Shown: positions 24,966 through 33,624 of the stretch, one piece after another
Numbering within the stretch: the first letter of the stretch is position 1
Layout: the number at the start of each line of letters is the position of its first letter
Source of the DNA: an uncultured Solirubrobacterales bacterium
GTDB lineage: Bacteria > Actinomycetota > Thermoleophilia > Solirubrobacterales > Solirubrobacteraceae
Direction: 5' to 3'
Length of the DNA: 64,000 nucleotides
Assembly: GCA_963827045.1 (NCBI GenBank)
Contig: CAWGZH010000002.1
Location: 612,520 to 676,519, forward strand
Notes under the pieces: generated by a model
What the model saw: the letters and a program-made list of their open reading frames with translations, nothing else
Database searches by the model: none
Told to the model about the DNA's origin: nothing
Made by a program: the position numbers and the translations under genes

Positions 24966-27900
24966 ATGCGATGGTCGGCCTTGTTCGGAGGGAACATGTG
25001 GGGGGCTGCAGCGGTGGCCGTCGTGCTCGCGGCCGGCGTGCCGATGGCGTTCGGAGAGGCCCCGGCCTCGGCCGCGGGAACCGGCACGGTCGTGGCCTGG
25101 GGCTTGAACTACGATGGCGAGCTGGGCAACGGCACCACGACAAAGAGCGACGTGCCGGTGGCAGTGAGTGGACTGAGTGGGGTTACGGCGATCTCAGCCG
25201 GCGAGGAAGACAGCCTGGCCTTGCTGAGCAACAGCACGGTCATGGCCTGGGGCGATAACCAACAAGGGGAACTTGGTATCGGCACGACGACCGACAGCGA
25301 TGTGCCGCTGGCGGTTTGCGCGGAGGCAGCGACGCCGCCTTGCTCAGAAGGCACAGGGAACGTGTTGAAAGAAGTCACGGCAATCTCAGCCAACGGGTCC
25401 CACGGTCTGGCCTTGCTGAAAGACGGCACGGTCGTGGCTTGGGGTACGGACGGGTACGGAGAGCTGGGCGACGGCGACACGACCAACAGCGACGTGCCAG
25501 TGGCGGTCAGCCTGCCGCTCGGGGTCAAGGCCACCGCCGTCTCAGCCGGCGTGGAGTACAGCATGGCTCTCGTGGAAAACGAAACAACCAGAGAAAAAAC
25601 GGTCATGACCTGGGGCGATAACCAACATGGGCAGTTGGGCAACGACACGATGACCAACAGCGACGTGCCGGTTGAGGTGAGCGGACTGAGCGGCGTCACA
25701 GCAATCTCAGCCGGTGGGTCCCACGGCCTGGCGCTACTTGAAAACGGCACGGTCATGGCCTGGGGCGAAAACTACGAAGGCCAGCTGGGCAACGCCACCG
25801 ACACCGAAAGCGACGTGCCGGAAGCGGTTTGTGCGTTGGGGGCAACAGTTCCGTGCGCTCAACATCTGAGTGGCGGGACGGGCGTCGCAGCCGGCTTGTT
25901 CCACAGCCTAGCCCTACTTGAACACGGCACGGTCATGGCCTGGGGCGAAAACAGTCACGGGGAGTTGGGTGATGCCACCGTCAGTGGTCCTGAAAGATGT
26001 TTCTTTGGTCCCTGCAGCGAGACGCCGGTGGCGGTTGGCGGACTGAGCGGGGTCACGGCGCTCTCGGCGGGCAACGCTCACAGCCTGGCGCTGCTTGAAA
26101 ACGAAACGGTCGTCGCCTGGGGCGACGCCCCAGGCGACGGCAGCGAAAGCCCGAGCGACGTGCCCGTAGCCGTTTGTGCGGTGGGGGAAACAGCCCCGTG
26201 CGCTCAGCGTCTTGGTGGGGTCTCGGCTGTCTCGGCCGGCGCGTCCCACAGCCTGGCTCTGGTGAGCGGCGCAGCGCCCACGGTGACGTGCAGCGCGGCC
26301 GGCTCGACGCTTTCAATCGCGACTAAGGGTTCGGCTACCCCCACTGAACCCGTGATTGTGACGGCGAGTGAGGGCAACTATGTAGTGTCTCTCGGTGGCG
26401 TCGCGCAGTGCACGGGCACGTCTTATTCCGTAAGCACCTACACGACCGTCGATGGCCCGAGCAGCGGGTCGGTGACCTTCGAGCCTGGTACGGTCACCGG
26501 GTTGACGTTCACGGGCGCGAGCGGCGCCGCGAACACGCTTGATCTGGTGGGCGCACCGACGGGACTATCTGTGGTTGCGATGAACGGTGACACGTCCGGG
26601 AGCCCGGGGCAGCTCACGATCACGCCCGCCGGCGGCTCGCCGGGCAGTGACGGTTTCTCCAATATCACGATCGTCGATGGAGCGCCCAGCGGCTCGACGA
26701 CCTTCGAGCCTGGGGCTGCGCCCGGGGTTGCCTTCAACGGCTCAGAGGGCGTCGCAAACTTGGTTGATTTGAGGGGTGAGCCCTCGGGTATGTTTACGGT
26801 TTCGGTGAACGGCGACACGCCCGGTAGCCCGGGAGACCTGACGATTACGCCCGCTGGCGGCTCACCCGGCACCGATAGCTTCTCCAACGTCACGATCGTC
26901 GATGGCGCATCCAACGGGCCGACGACCTTCCAGTCCGGTACTGCGCCCGCGGTCCTCTTCAACGGCTCAGATGGTGTCGCGAACACGCTCGACCTGACGG
27001 GCGAGCCGCCAGGTTCGTTTATGATTTCGGTGAACAGCGACACGCCCGGGAGTCCGGGGGATCTAACGATCACGCCCAACGGTGGGTCGCCAAGCGACGA
27101 TAGCTTCGTCAACATCACGGCTATTGACGGCCCGAGTAGCGGGACGGCGACCTTTCAGCCAGGAGCCGCGTCCGGGTTGACCTTCATCGGCGGGGCTGGC
27201 GCCACGAACTTGGTTGATTTGAGGGGTGAGCCCTCGGGTATGTTTACGGTTTCGGTGAACGGCGACACGCCCGGTAGCCCGGGAGACCTGACGATTACGC
27301 CCGCTGGCGGCTCACCCGGCACCGATAGCTTCTCCAACGTCACGATCGTCGATGGCGCATCCAACGGGCCGACGACCTTCCAGCCGGACCCGAACCTGCT
27401 GCCGAGTTCGCTGGTGGGTGCACCGTCACCGTTGGTGTTGTTCGTCGGCAACGACCCGGCCAGCGGCGGCAGCGTCATCGACCTCGGGTCGTTCGCAAGC
27501 CCCGACTCGATGGATGAGCAGGTAACGGGGCTGACCGTTGCGCTCAACGGCGACAACGTTGGGGGTCCGGGACAGGTGCAGGCCGACGTCATGGGAACCC
27601 CAGTCAGCTTCGCCGACTTCTCTGGTGTCAATACGGTTATCGGGTCGAGCTCGCTGCCGACCACCTTGCAGCCCGGGAGCGCTACCGGTGTCACGCTGAT
27701 CAACGTCACACCCGCGGGGCAGGCGATCACGTTTACCTCGACGCCGCCCTCACCGGCGGCGGTCGGCGGCAGCTACGCGGTGTCGGCGACCGGCGGCGGT
27801 TCGGGTAACTTGGTGATGTTCAGCATCGACACCTCGAAGACCACCGCGGGGGCGTGCTCAAGCTCGGGCGCCAACATCTCCTTCACCGGGGCGGGCACAT

Positions 27901-28463
27901 GCGTGATCGACGCCAACCAGGCTGGAAGCAGCGAGTACCAGCCAGCACCACAAGTACAGCAGACGATCACAGTCACCAACCCATTGCAGGGCACCCTGCC
28001 TTCGGCTCCCACGATCACGAGCGTTACCTCGGGTGGTGGCAGTTCCAGTACCGGGAGCACCGCGAGCGTCCTCACGCCGGCCCAGATCGCGGCGCTAACG
28101 AAGCTAATTGAGGGCGAGATCACACCGTCTGGCAAGAATGTGACGATTACGGTGCTGCTAAAAGGCGGCGTGGTCTCGATCACCTTCAGGGCACTCCAGG
28201 CCGGAACCGCTGTGATCGACTGGTATGAGATTCCGCCCGGAGCGCATCTTGCGAAGAAGACGAAGCCCAAACCGGTGCTCGTCGCGTCCGGTCAGCAGAG
28301 CTTCTCGACAGCCGGAACAGCGACAATCAAGATCAAACTGACCGCCACCGGCAAACGGCAGCTCAAGCACTCCAAGCGACTCAAGCTGACGGCCAAGGGC
28401 ACCTTCACCCCCACCGGCGAGACGCCGGTCAGCGCCACGAAGGCATTCGTCCTCGAGCGATAG
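24966..28463 (+). CDS. Secreted RCC1/BLIP-II-repeat protein with 75-aa tandem repeats, Ig-like domain and basic C-terminal domain
   Basis: Signal peptide ending APASA; repeated VxAWG.N..GELG / AISAG..HSLAL; four 75-aa repeats; C-terminus KLTATGKRQLK...AFVLER. Confidence 0.85.
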   Translation: MRWSALFGGNMWGAAAVAVVLAAGVPMAFGEAPASAAGTGTVVAWGLNYDGELGNGTTTKSDVPVAVSGLSGVTAISAGEEDSLALLSNSTVMAWGDNQQGELGIGTTTDSDVPLAVCAEAATPPCSEGTGNVLKEVTAISANGSHGLALLKDGTVVAWGTDGYGELGDGDTTNSDVPVAVSLPLGVKATAVSAGVEYSMALVENETTREKTVMTWGDNQHGQLGNDTMTNSDVPVEVSGLSGVTAISAGGSHGLALLENGTVMAWGENYEGQLGNATDTESDVPEAVCALGATVPCAQHLSGGTGVAAGLFHSLALLEHGTVMAWGENSHGELGDATVSGPERCFFGPCSETPVAVGGLSGVTALSAGNAHSLALLENETVVAWGDAPGDGSESPSDVPVAVCAVGETAPCAQRLGGVSAVSAGASHSLALVSGAAPTVTCSAAGSTLSIATKGSATPTEPVIVTASEGNYVVSLGGVAQCTGTSYSVSTYTTVDGPSSGSVTFEPGTVTGLTFTGASGAANTLDLVGAPTGLSVVAMNGDTSGSPGQLTITPAGGSPGSDGFSNITIVDGAPSGSTTFEPGAAPGVAFNGSEGVANLVDLRGEPSGMFTVSVNGDTPGSPGDLTITPAGGSPGTDSFSNVTIVDGASNGPTTFQSGTAPAVLFNGSDGVANTLDLTGEPPGSFMISVNSDTPGSPGDLTITPNGGSPSDDSFVNITAIDGPSSGTATFQPGAASGLTFIGGAGATNLVDLRGEPSGMFTVSVNGDTPGSPGDLTITPAGGSPGTDSFSNVTIVDGASNGPTTFQPDPNLLPSSLVGAPSPLVLFVGNDPASGGSVIDLGSFASPDSMDEQVTGLTVALNGDNVGGPGQVQADVMGTPVSFADFSGVNTVIGSSSLPTTLQPGSATGVTLINVTPAGQAITFTSTPPSPAAVGGSYAVSATGGGSGNLVMFSIDTSKTTAGACSSSGANISFTGAGTCVIDANQAGSSEYQPAPQVQQTITVTNPLQGTLPSAPTITSVTSGGGSSSTGSTASVLTPAQIAALTKLIEGEITPSGKNVTITVLLKGGVVSITFRALQAGTAVIDWYEIPPGAHLAKKTKPKPVLVASGQQSFSTAGTATIKIKLTATGKRQLKHSKRLKLTAKGTFTPTGETPVSATKAFVLER
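26757..27383 (+). repeat. 177-bp exact intragenic repeat (26757-26933 and 27207-27383)
   Basis: Identical stretches offset by 450 bp, equal to two 75-aa units. Confidence 0.85.
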
Positions 28464-28653
28464 ACGCGCTCTTCGTTACCGTAGTCCTGATCCCGCCCGA
28501 CGCCGGCAAGAGCGGCACCTCGCCGCGGTGCACGAAACGCGCCGCCCGCCGGCAAGAGCGCGCGATCGTGCCGCGGTTCTCGGTACCGAGCCTCCGGCAC
28601 ACCTCAAGCGACTCGGATGGTACGGGTCGGTCGCCTTCAGCTCGATGTTTCTC

Positions 28654-28840
28654 TGTGGCAGCGACCTGCACATCCTCAAGGGCGACATACCCGAGACGAC
28701 GCCAGGCACGGTGCTCGGGCACGAGGCCGTCGGCACCGTGCAGGAGATCGGCTCCAGCGTTAGCACCCTGGCGGTCGGCGACCGCGTGCTGATGTCCTGC
28801 ATAAGCTCCTGCGGGCGCTGCCGCTACTGCAAGGAAGCCC
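28654..28840 (+). pseudogene. Fragment of a zinc-dependent alcohol dehydrogenase
   Basis: CGSDLHILKG...LGHEAVG...GDRV...CGRCRYC, with no N-terminal start or NAD-binding domain. Confidence 0.8.
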
Positions 28841-28950
28841 GCAGTGTTCGTACAGCCACACATTGCTTCTCCGAGGATAGTCAGTGGATCACAACAGACC
28901 ACCTCAGCTGCATGGGGTCAACCGGAGCGCATGGTTGTACGCTGCGTTCG

Positions 28951-29304
28951 ATGAAGCGCGCGGCCGTTCTCGTGATCTTCGTGGTGTTGGTCCTCCTCCC
29001 CGCATGTGGGAACGCCAGCGCATCGCCGCACGGCGCTCGCATTGACGGGTCGATCCGCCTTTGCGGCGGTCCCGCTCCCGGCCGCTGCTTCTCCCAGGAA
29101 GGCACCGTGGCGCTCTACGACGCCCAGCACCATCTTCTATCGACCCAGCACACCAGGCACGGTGGACGCTTCTCCTTCGCCGTAAGCCCAGGCACCTACA
29201 CGCTCCAGGCAGGCATTGCCGGCGCGGCCCGTGTTGGTAAGCAGACTGTCGTCGCCCGCGCTCACAAGACGACCAAAATGAACGTCGTCATCCCCATCCC
29301 GTAG
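28951..29304 (+). CDS. Small secreted/lipoprotein with carboxypeptidase-regulatory-like (transthyretin) fold
   Basis: MKRAAVLVIFVVLVLLPAC signal/lipobox-like start; GRFSFAVSPGTYTL. Confidence 0.65.
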   Translation: MKRAAVLVIFVVLVLLPACGNASASPHGARIDGSIRLCGGPAPGRCFSQEGTVALYDAQHHLLSTQHTRHGGRFSFAVSPGTYTLQAGIAGAARVGKQTVVARAHKTTKMNVVIPIP

Positions 29305-29306
29305 TT

Positions 29307-30161
29307 GTGCGACGAGGCTGGCTGACAGTTGGAGCCCTCGGCACGCTCGCATTCCTGGCCTCTGCCGTGCCCGCGAGCGGCTACACACCCCCGGAACTGC
29401 CGTGGGCGAACTGTAGCGGCGCTATCGGTGCAAACAGCACCGTGATCGAAGCCCGAGACCTCCCAGAAGAAGGCGCTTCGGTTATGGCCGGCACTCAGGT
29501 CACGTTCTCTACCGCGTCGGTCGCTCCCGTTACGTTCTCCGTCGCGTCCTCGCCCGCGCTGCTCGCGACGCCCGACATCGACCGGGGGCTCGCGCAGCCT
29601 CGGCCAGAAGAAGGCATCCACATGCAGGCGTTCACCTCATCGAGAGCTGCCTTGACGCCTGGGACCGTCTACTGGCAAGCCTCGTTCTCAGCCGAAGAAG
29701 TTCCAGGATGTGCTGGAGTCCTCTCGGGTTTCATCACAAGCCCGGTTCGCACTCTGACAGTAGAGCCTGCGCCGCAGCTGCCACCGCCCCCTCCCGTAGA
29801 AGCCCCTCCGGCACCGGCGTTCAGTGCCGCGATTAGCTCGGCTTCTATGGATCGTCCACAGATCGCGTTCAAGGTTCACTGCAACACGAGCTGCGTCGGG
29901 ACGGCCGCCTACGTTGTGACCGTCACGCATCGCCACAGGAAGAGCCCAGAGCCCGCCTTGGATCGCGGTCCGTGGACGGTCGCCATAGACAGTTCGTCAG
30001 GCGGGGTCCAGCAATTCACTCATCGCTATACGGGAGCTTCGCTGCGGAAGCTCAAGCACCTGATCCACGACGGCGATGCCGTAGAAGTACATATCGCTTC
30101 GACCGTCAGAGACCCCGGCGGGAACACGGTAGTCGCGCATACCACGGCGCGACTGGACTGA
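29307..30161 (+). CDS. Secreted protein with Pro-rich linker
   Basis: Signal peptide to VPASG; PQLPPPPP linker; beta-rich basic C-terminal domain. Confidence 0.7.
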   Translation: MRRGWLTVGALGTLAFLASAVPASGYTPPELPWANCSGAIGANSTVIEARDLPEEGASVMAGTQVTFSTASVAPVTFSVASSPALLATPDIDRGLAQPRPEEGIHMQAFTSSRAALTPGTVYWQASFSAEEVPGCAGVLSGFITSPVRTLTVEPAPQLPPPPPVEAPPAPAFSAAISSASMDRPQIAFKVHCNTSCVGTAAYVVTVTHRHRKSPEPALDRGPWTVAIDSSSGGVQQFTHRYTGASLRKLKHLIHDGDAVEVHIASTVRDPGGNTVVAHTTARLD

Positions 30162-30210
30162 TACGCGGTGCTGGCTGTAGGTGAAGTGCCCGAGGACGAG
30201 ATCCTGACTT

Positions 30211-30624
30211 TTACCCGTCGGTGAGCTCTGTGTCGATAAAGCTGGTGGGCGTTAGGATGGGGATACCTTCTACGGTGTCGAGGTCAAGGAGATGACGGTC
30301 CCCGGACACTATGTAGTGGGCGTTGCCCTCTACCGCGGCCTCTAGGATCCGATTGTCGGTCTCATCGTCAACGAGAGCGAATACGCGGCTCGGCATAACG
30401 ACAAGACTGCTGTCTTGGAGGAGATCAACTAGCTGCTCCGCATCGTGGATCACCTTCGCGAGCTTGGGATAGCGAAGGACTCGACGCAACTCCGCGAGGA
30501 GCGGTGGGCTAGTCACAAGCACGAGACGACCATCCAGGGCCGCGTCGATGATCGTCGTCGGTGGGCCATGCCAGCCGAGTCCAGACACGATGACGTTCGT
30601 GTCGAGAACCGCCCGCGGAGTCAC
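30211..30624 (-). CDS. PIN-domain toxin (PIN_3/VapC-like)
   Basis: VLDTNVIVSG, DETDNRILEAA, IVSGDRHLL. Confidence 0.88.
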   Translation of the reverse strand: MTPRAVLDTNVIVSGLGWHGPPTTIIDAALDGRLVLVTSPPLLAELRRVLRYPKLAKVIHDAEQLVDLLQDSSLVVMPSRVFALVDDETDNRILEAAVEGNAHYIVSGDRHLLDLDTVEGIPILTPTSFIDTELTDG

Positions 30625-30902
30625 CCAGCTATCCGTGCGGCTGAGATCGCCTCATCCACCACGGACACGTCAAGACCAGCGTCCGCGACGGTCTCACGGA
30701 TCTTGGCAAGCCGAGTCCGCAACTCCTCCTGGGCTACTCGACGTTGAGACTCGCGTAGCCGCTCGTATTCGGCCGGGCTGACAAGCACCGCGAGGGCCTC
30801 GCCCCGGCGCGTGAGGACCACCGCGTCGTCATCCGCTGCGATCTCCTCGGCGATCTGACCGAGCCTGCTCCTCGCCTTATCTACTCCAATCGTGCGCTCC
30901 AC
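30621..30902 (-). CDS. Phd/YefM-family antitoxin
   Basis: AAGGAG RBS + GTG; KARSRLGQI...VVLTRRGEALAVLVSPAEY; GTGA overlap with the toxin. Confidence 0.88.
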   Translation of the reverse strand: MERTIGVDKARSRLGQIAEEIAADDDAVVLTRRGEALAVLVSPAEYERLRESQRRVAQEELRTRLAKIRETVADAGLDVSVVDEAISAARIAG

Positions 30903-30910
30903 AAGATACT

Positions 30911-30940
30911 CCTTACCGTAAACCTTACTGACAACCTTAC
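30911..30940. promoter_or_regulatory. Three CCTTAC boxes at 12-bp period upstream of the TA operon
   Basis: Boxes start at 30911, 30923 and 30935. Confidence 0.55.
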
Positions 30941-31218
30941 GGCATACAGCACGGCTCGTCAACGGCGACGTGGCTGCTCTTAGCTGATACTTGCTCCCGC
31001 GCCCTGTCCCGCCTAAAGCGGCCCACCGTCCCCACGATTGCTCCACGGAAAGAGGCGGGCAAGATGGCCAGGCACGAACGGCACCTAGCGGCGTATATCG
31101 GTGCTTCAGCTCGGGCCTTCTGAGAGACGGACGTTGTTCACTGCCTGGCTCGCGAGGGCGTCGGAAAGTCGTGTCTCACGGTTGGCCATTCCGGCTCGTC
31201 CGCAGCTGGGTTGATGTT

Positions 31219-31911
31219 TCAGCTCATGTGCTCTGAGCTTCCCCGGCGAGCGTGAGCGAGTTGCAGGGCGAGCGGGCCGCCCTCGCTCTCTACGCTCACG
31301 TCGCTGAAAGCTGCCTGGATGAGCATGGTGTGCATTTGCTCGTCGGTGTGGACGTTCAGAGCTGGTCCCATCGGCGGGTAGAGCCACCAATTGCGAAGCG
31401 ACGGGCGCGGGAGCGGGCCGGCGATGCTAGCGATCACCAGCCGGCCACCTGGGACCAGGATGCGGTGAAGCTCCTTGAGCACCGCCATCGGGTCGGTGAG
31501 GAAGAAGAACATATTGGCCGAGATCGCGGCGGTGAAGCTCTCATCGGGCCAGGGAATCTGCGCGGCGTCCCCGAGCTTGAGCCGCAACGCATCGTTGGCG
31601 ATCGCGTCTTGGTTGCGGGCCATGCACAGCGCGAGCATGTCGGCGCTGTGATCTAGGCCGGCCGCGGCCGTGGCGCTGTCGAGCACGCGCTGGAGCAGCA
31701 CTCCGGGGCCGCAGCCGATCTCGAGCACGCGCTCGTCCTGCAGCGAGCCGAACGCGTCGAGGACGGCCTGAAAGGACGGCTCGTGTGCCTTGGGTCCGTC
31801 GCGGTAGGCCCGCCGGCCGATCACGCCTGTCGGTCGTCGTGCGATCACGTCGACGAGCCGTTGCCCAAGGTGTCCGTTCAACAGTGAGACGGGAGTGCGT
31901 TGTGGGGTCAT
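31219..31911 (-). CDS. Class I SAM-dependent methyltransferase
   Basis: VLEIGCGPG, GLDHSADML, GDAAQIPWPDESF, RILVPGG. Confidence 0.9.
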   Translation of the reverse strand: MTPQRTPVSLLNGHLGQRLVDVIARRPTGVIGRRAYRDGPKAHEPSFQAVLDAFGSLQDERVLEIGCGPGVLLQRVLDSATAAAGLDHSADMLALCMARNQDAIANDALRLKLGDAAQIPWPDESFTAAISANMFFFLTDPMAVLKELHRILVPGGRLVIASIAGPLPRPSLRNWWLYPPMGPALNVHTDEQMHTMLIQAAFSDVSVESEGGPLALQLAHARRGSSEHMS

Positions 31912-31932
31912 GGCAGTAGACCAACACAGTTA

Positions 31933-31946
31933 GCGTACACGTACGC
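31933..31946. promoter_or_regulatory. Palindromic TetR-type operator GCGTAC-AC-GTACGC
   Basis: Perfect 6-bp arms between the TetR stop and the methyltransferase start. Confidence 0.6.
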
Positions 31947-31965
31947 AAATATACACGGTCCTGGT

Positions 31966-32628
31966 CTAGGAGTCTCCCAGCAGACCGTCGAGAATTCTTG
32001 CCATGCGCGCCTGGTAGCCCTTACGAGTACGAGCCTTCGGCCAGTAGTCCGCTAGCGCCGCGAGCATCGGCAGCTCCCCCGACTGCACGGCCGCGAGCAA
32101 CTCGAGCTGGAACGGACGACGATCAAGCTCGGCGCTCTGCCGTGCCGTCGAATGACTCACGATCAATTCCCCGACCGTGAATCGCCAGGCCGTCAGGTAC
32201 GCGTCCGCTGCCTGCTCGGCGGTCTGCCCGGCGGCGACGAACGCGGCCAGGATCTCCTCGATCAGCCACAACACCGACGGCGCCATCAGATCACCACGCA
32301 CCAACACCTGCACAACCCAGGGGCTCTGATCCAACCCCTCATACAGCACCCTGAACAACACGAGCAGCCGCTTGCGGGGGTCTCGCGGCAACCGCGGGCG
32401 CGGCATCTCGGCGGCGAGGCGATCGAGCAACGCCACCAGCAGCTCATCCCGATCGTGCACATGTCTGTAGAGCGCCATCGGGGAGCAGCCAAGCTCCCTC
32501 GCCACCCGGCGCATACTCAGCGCATCGACACCCTCAAGGCTGACGACCCGCTCAGCGGCATCCACTACCGCCTCACGCGAGAACCGCGCCGGGCGGCCCG
32601 CACCTCGCGGCGACTTATTCTCAGACAC
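31966..32628 (-). CDS. TetR-family regulator (TetR_C type)
   Basis: FSREAVVDAA...LSMRRVARELGCSPMALYRHV. Confidence 0.9.
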   Translation of the reverse strand: MSENKSPRGAGRPARFSREAVVDAAERVVSLEGVDALSMRRVARELGCSPMALYRHVHDRDELLVALLDRLAAEMPRPRLPRDPRKRLLVLFRVLYEGLDQSPWVVQVLVRGDLMAPSVLWLIEEILAAFVAAGQTAEQAADAYLTAWRFTVGELIVSHSTARQSAELDRRPFQLELLAAVQSGELPMLAALADYWPKARTRKGYQARMARILDGLLGDS

Positions 32629-32659
32629 CACGAAAGTGTCGCGCGCCACGGTCGAGCAT

Positions 32660-32809
32660 GTCCTCGGAGAAGTCAAGACCCACGCCAACGATCCCAGGGC
32701 GATCGCGTTGGCGCGGGAGCCGGTCCGCCCGGTCGAGATAGCGCAGGACACGCTCAGGGGTCATCCACGCGTTGGCGGGCACACTTGGATTATCGGCTAT
32801 CGTCGGCAA
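32660..32809 (-). pseudogene. Internally deleted methyltransferase remnant
   Basis: WMTPERVLRYLDRADRLP joined directly to GVGLDFSEDMLDR; SAM-binding motif I is missing. Confidence 0.45.
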
Positions 32810-32824
32810 TCAGCAGCCTGGCGC

Positions 32825-33091
32825 CGAGGTGCCCGGACGGCGTGGCATACCCATCCCTTCGGGCAGACGATCTATGTCACCGAAGGCATCGGGTTCTGCC
32901 AGCGCCAAGGCGGCTCGATCGAGGTCATCCGTGCTGGAGACCGTGTGTTCTTCGAGCCCGCAGAGAATCACTGGCACGGCGCCGCACCCGACCGCTTCAT
33001 GACGCACCTCGCGATACAGCAAGTCGATGAGGAGGGCAACGCCGTCACATGGGGCGAGCATGTCACCGAGGCCGAATACACGAAAGGATAG
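32825..33091 (+). pseudogene. 5'-truncated cupin-domain gene
   Basis: GARTAWHTHPFGQ...HWHGAAPDRFMTHLAI...WGEHV; the sequence upstream of GART is not cupin-like. Confidence 0.7.
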
Positions 33092-33121
33092 ATGCATAGT
33101 GCAATAATCGCACTATGCATC
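33091..33121. promoter_or_regulatory. 12-bp perfect palindrome overlapping the MarR start codon
   Basis: GATGCATAGTGC-AATAATC-GCACTATGCATC; the loop carries a -10-like AATAAT 6 nt before ATG. Confidence 0.7.
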
Positions 33122-33624
33122 AGACGTCCGCGAGCGGGAAGACCCTTGAACAGCCCGAGGATCGCGACGAGCTCGTGGACGCGGTGTTGGGCGCTAGCCG
33201 CGCACTGGTGGCGGTCGCCGCGCGTTCATTGGCGGATCTGGCGGAGGATGTGACGCTGGCTCAGTACCGCGCGCTTGTAGAACTGGCGGCCCGTGGCCCG
33301 CAGCGCGTGGCTGATCTGGCGAGCGCACTGGGGGTGGATCGATCGACGGCCACACGGATGTGTGACCGCCTCGTGCGCAAGCAGCTCGTGCAGCGGCGGA
33401 GGATCAACGAGGACCGACGCGGGGTGCGCGTCTCGCTGACCCCTGCGGGGCGTGCCCTGGTGCAGGAGGTGACCCGTCGTCGCCGGGCCGAGATCGCAAA
33501 GATCCTGCGACGGATGCCCAGCCCTGACCGAGCCTCGGCGCTCAGGGCGTTGCGGGTCTTCGCCGATGCCGCCGGCGAGGTCCCCGAGCAGGACTGGTCG
33601 CTGGGCTGGGGCCAGGACCAATGA
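33115..33624 (+). CDS. MarR-family regulator
   Basis: VTLAQYRAL, DRSTATRMCDRL, DRRGVRVSLTPAG. Confidence 0.9.
   Translation: MHQTSASGKTLEQPEDRDELVDAVLGASRALVAVAARSLADLAEDVTLAQYRALVELAARGPQRVADLASALGVDRSTATRMCDRLVRKQLVQRRRINEDRRGVRVSLTPAGRALVQEVTRRRRAEIAKILRRMPSPDRASALRALRVFADAAGEVPEQDWSLGWGQDQ

Noticed and set aside
26450-27400. Possible CRISPR-like or non-coding tandem array
   Set aside because: Repeats are in-frame 225-bp coding units without unique spacers; no cas genes.
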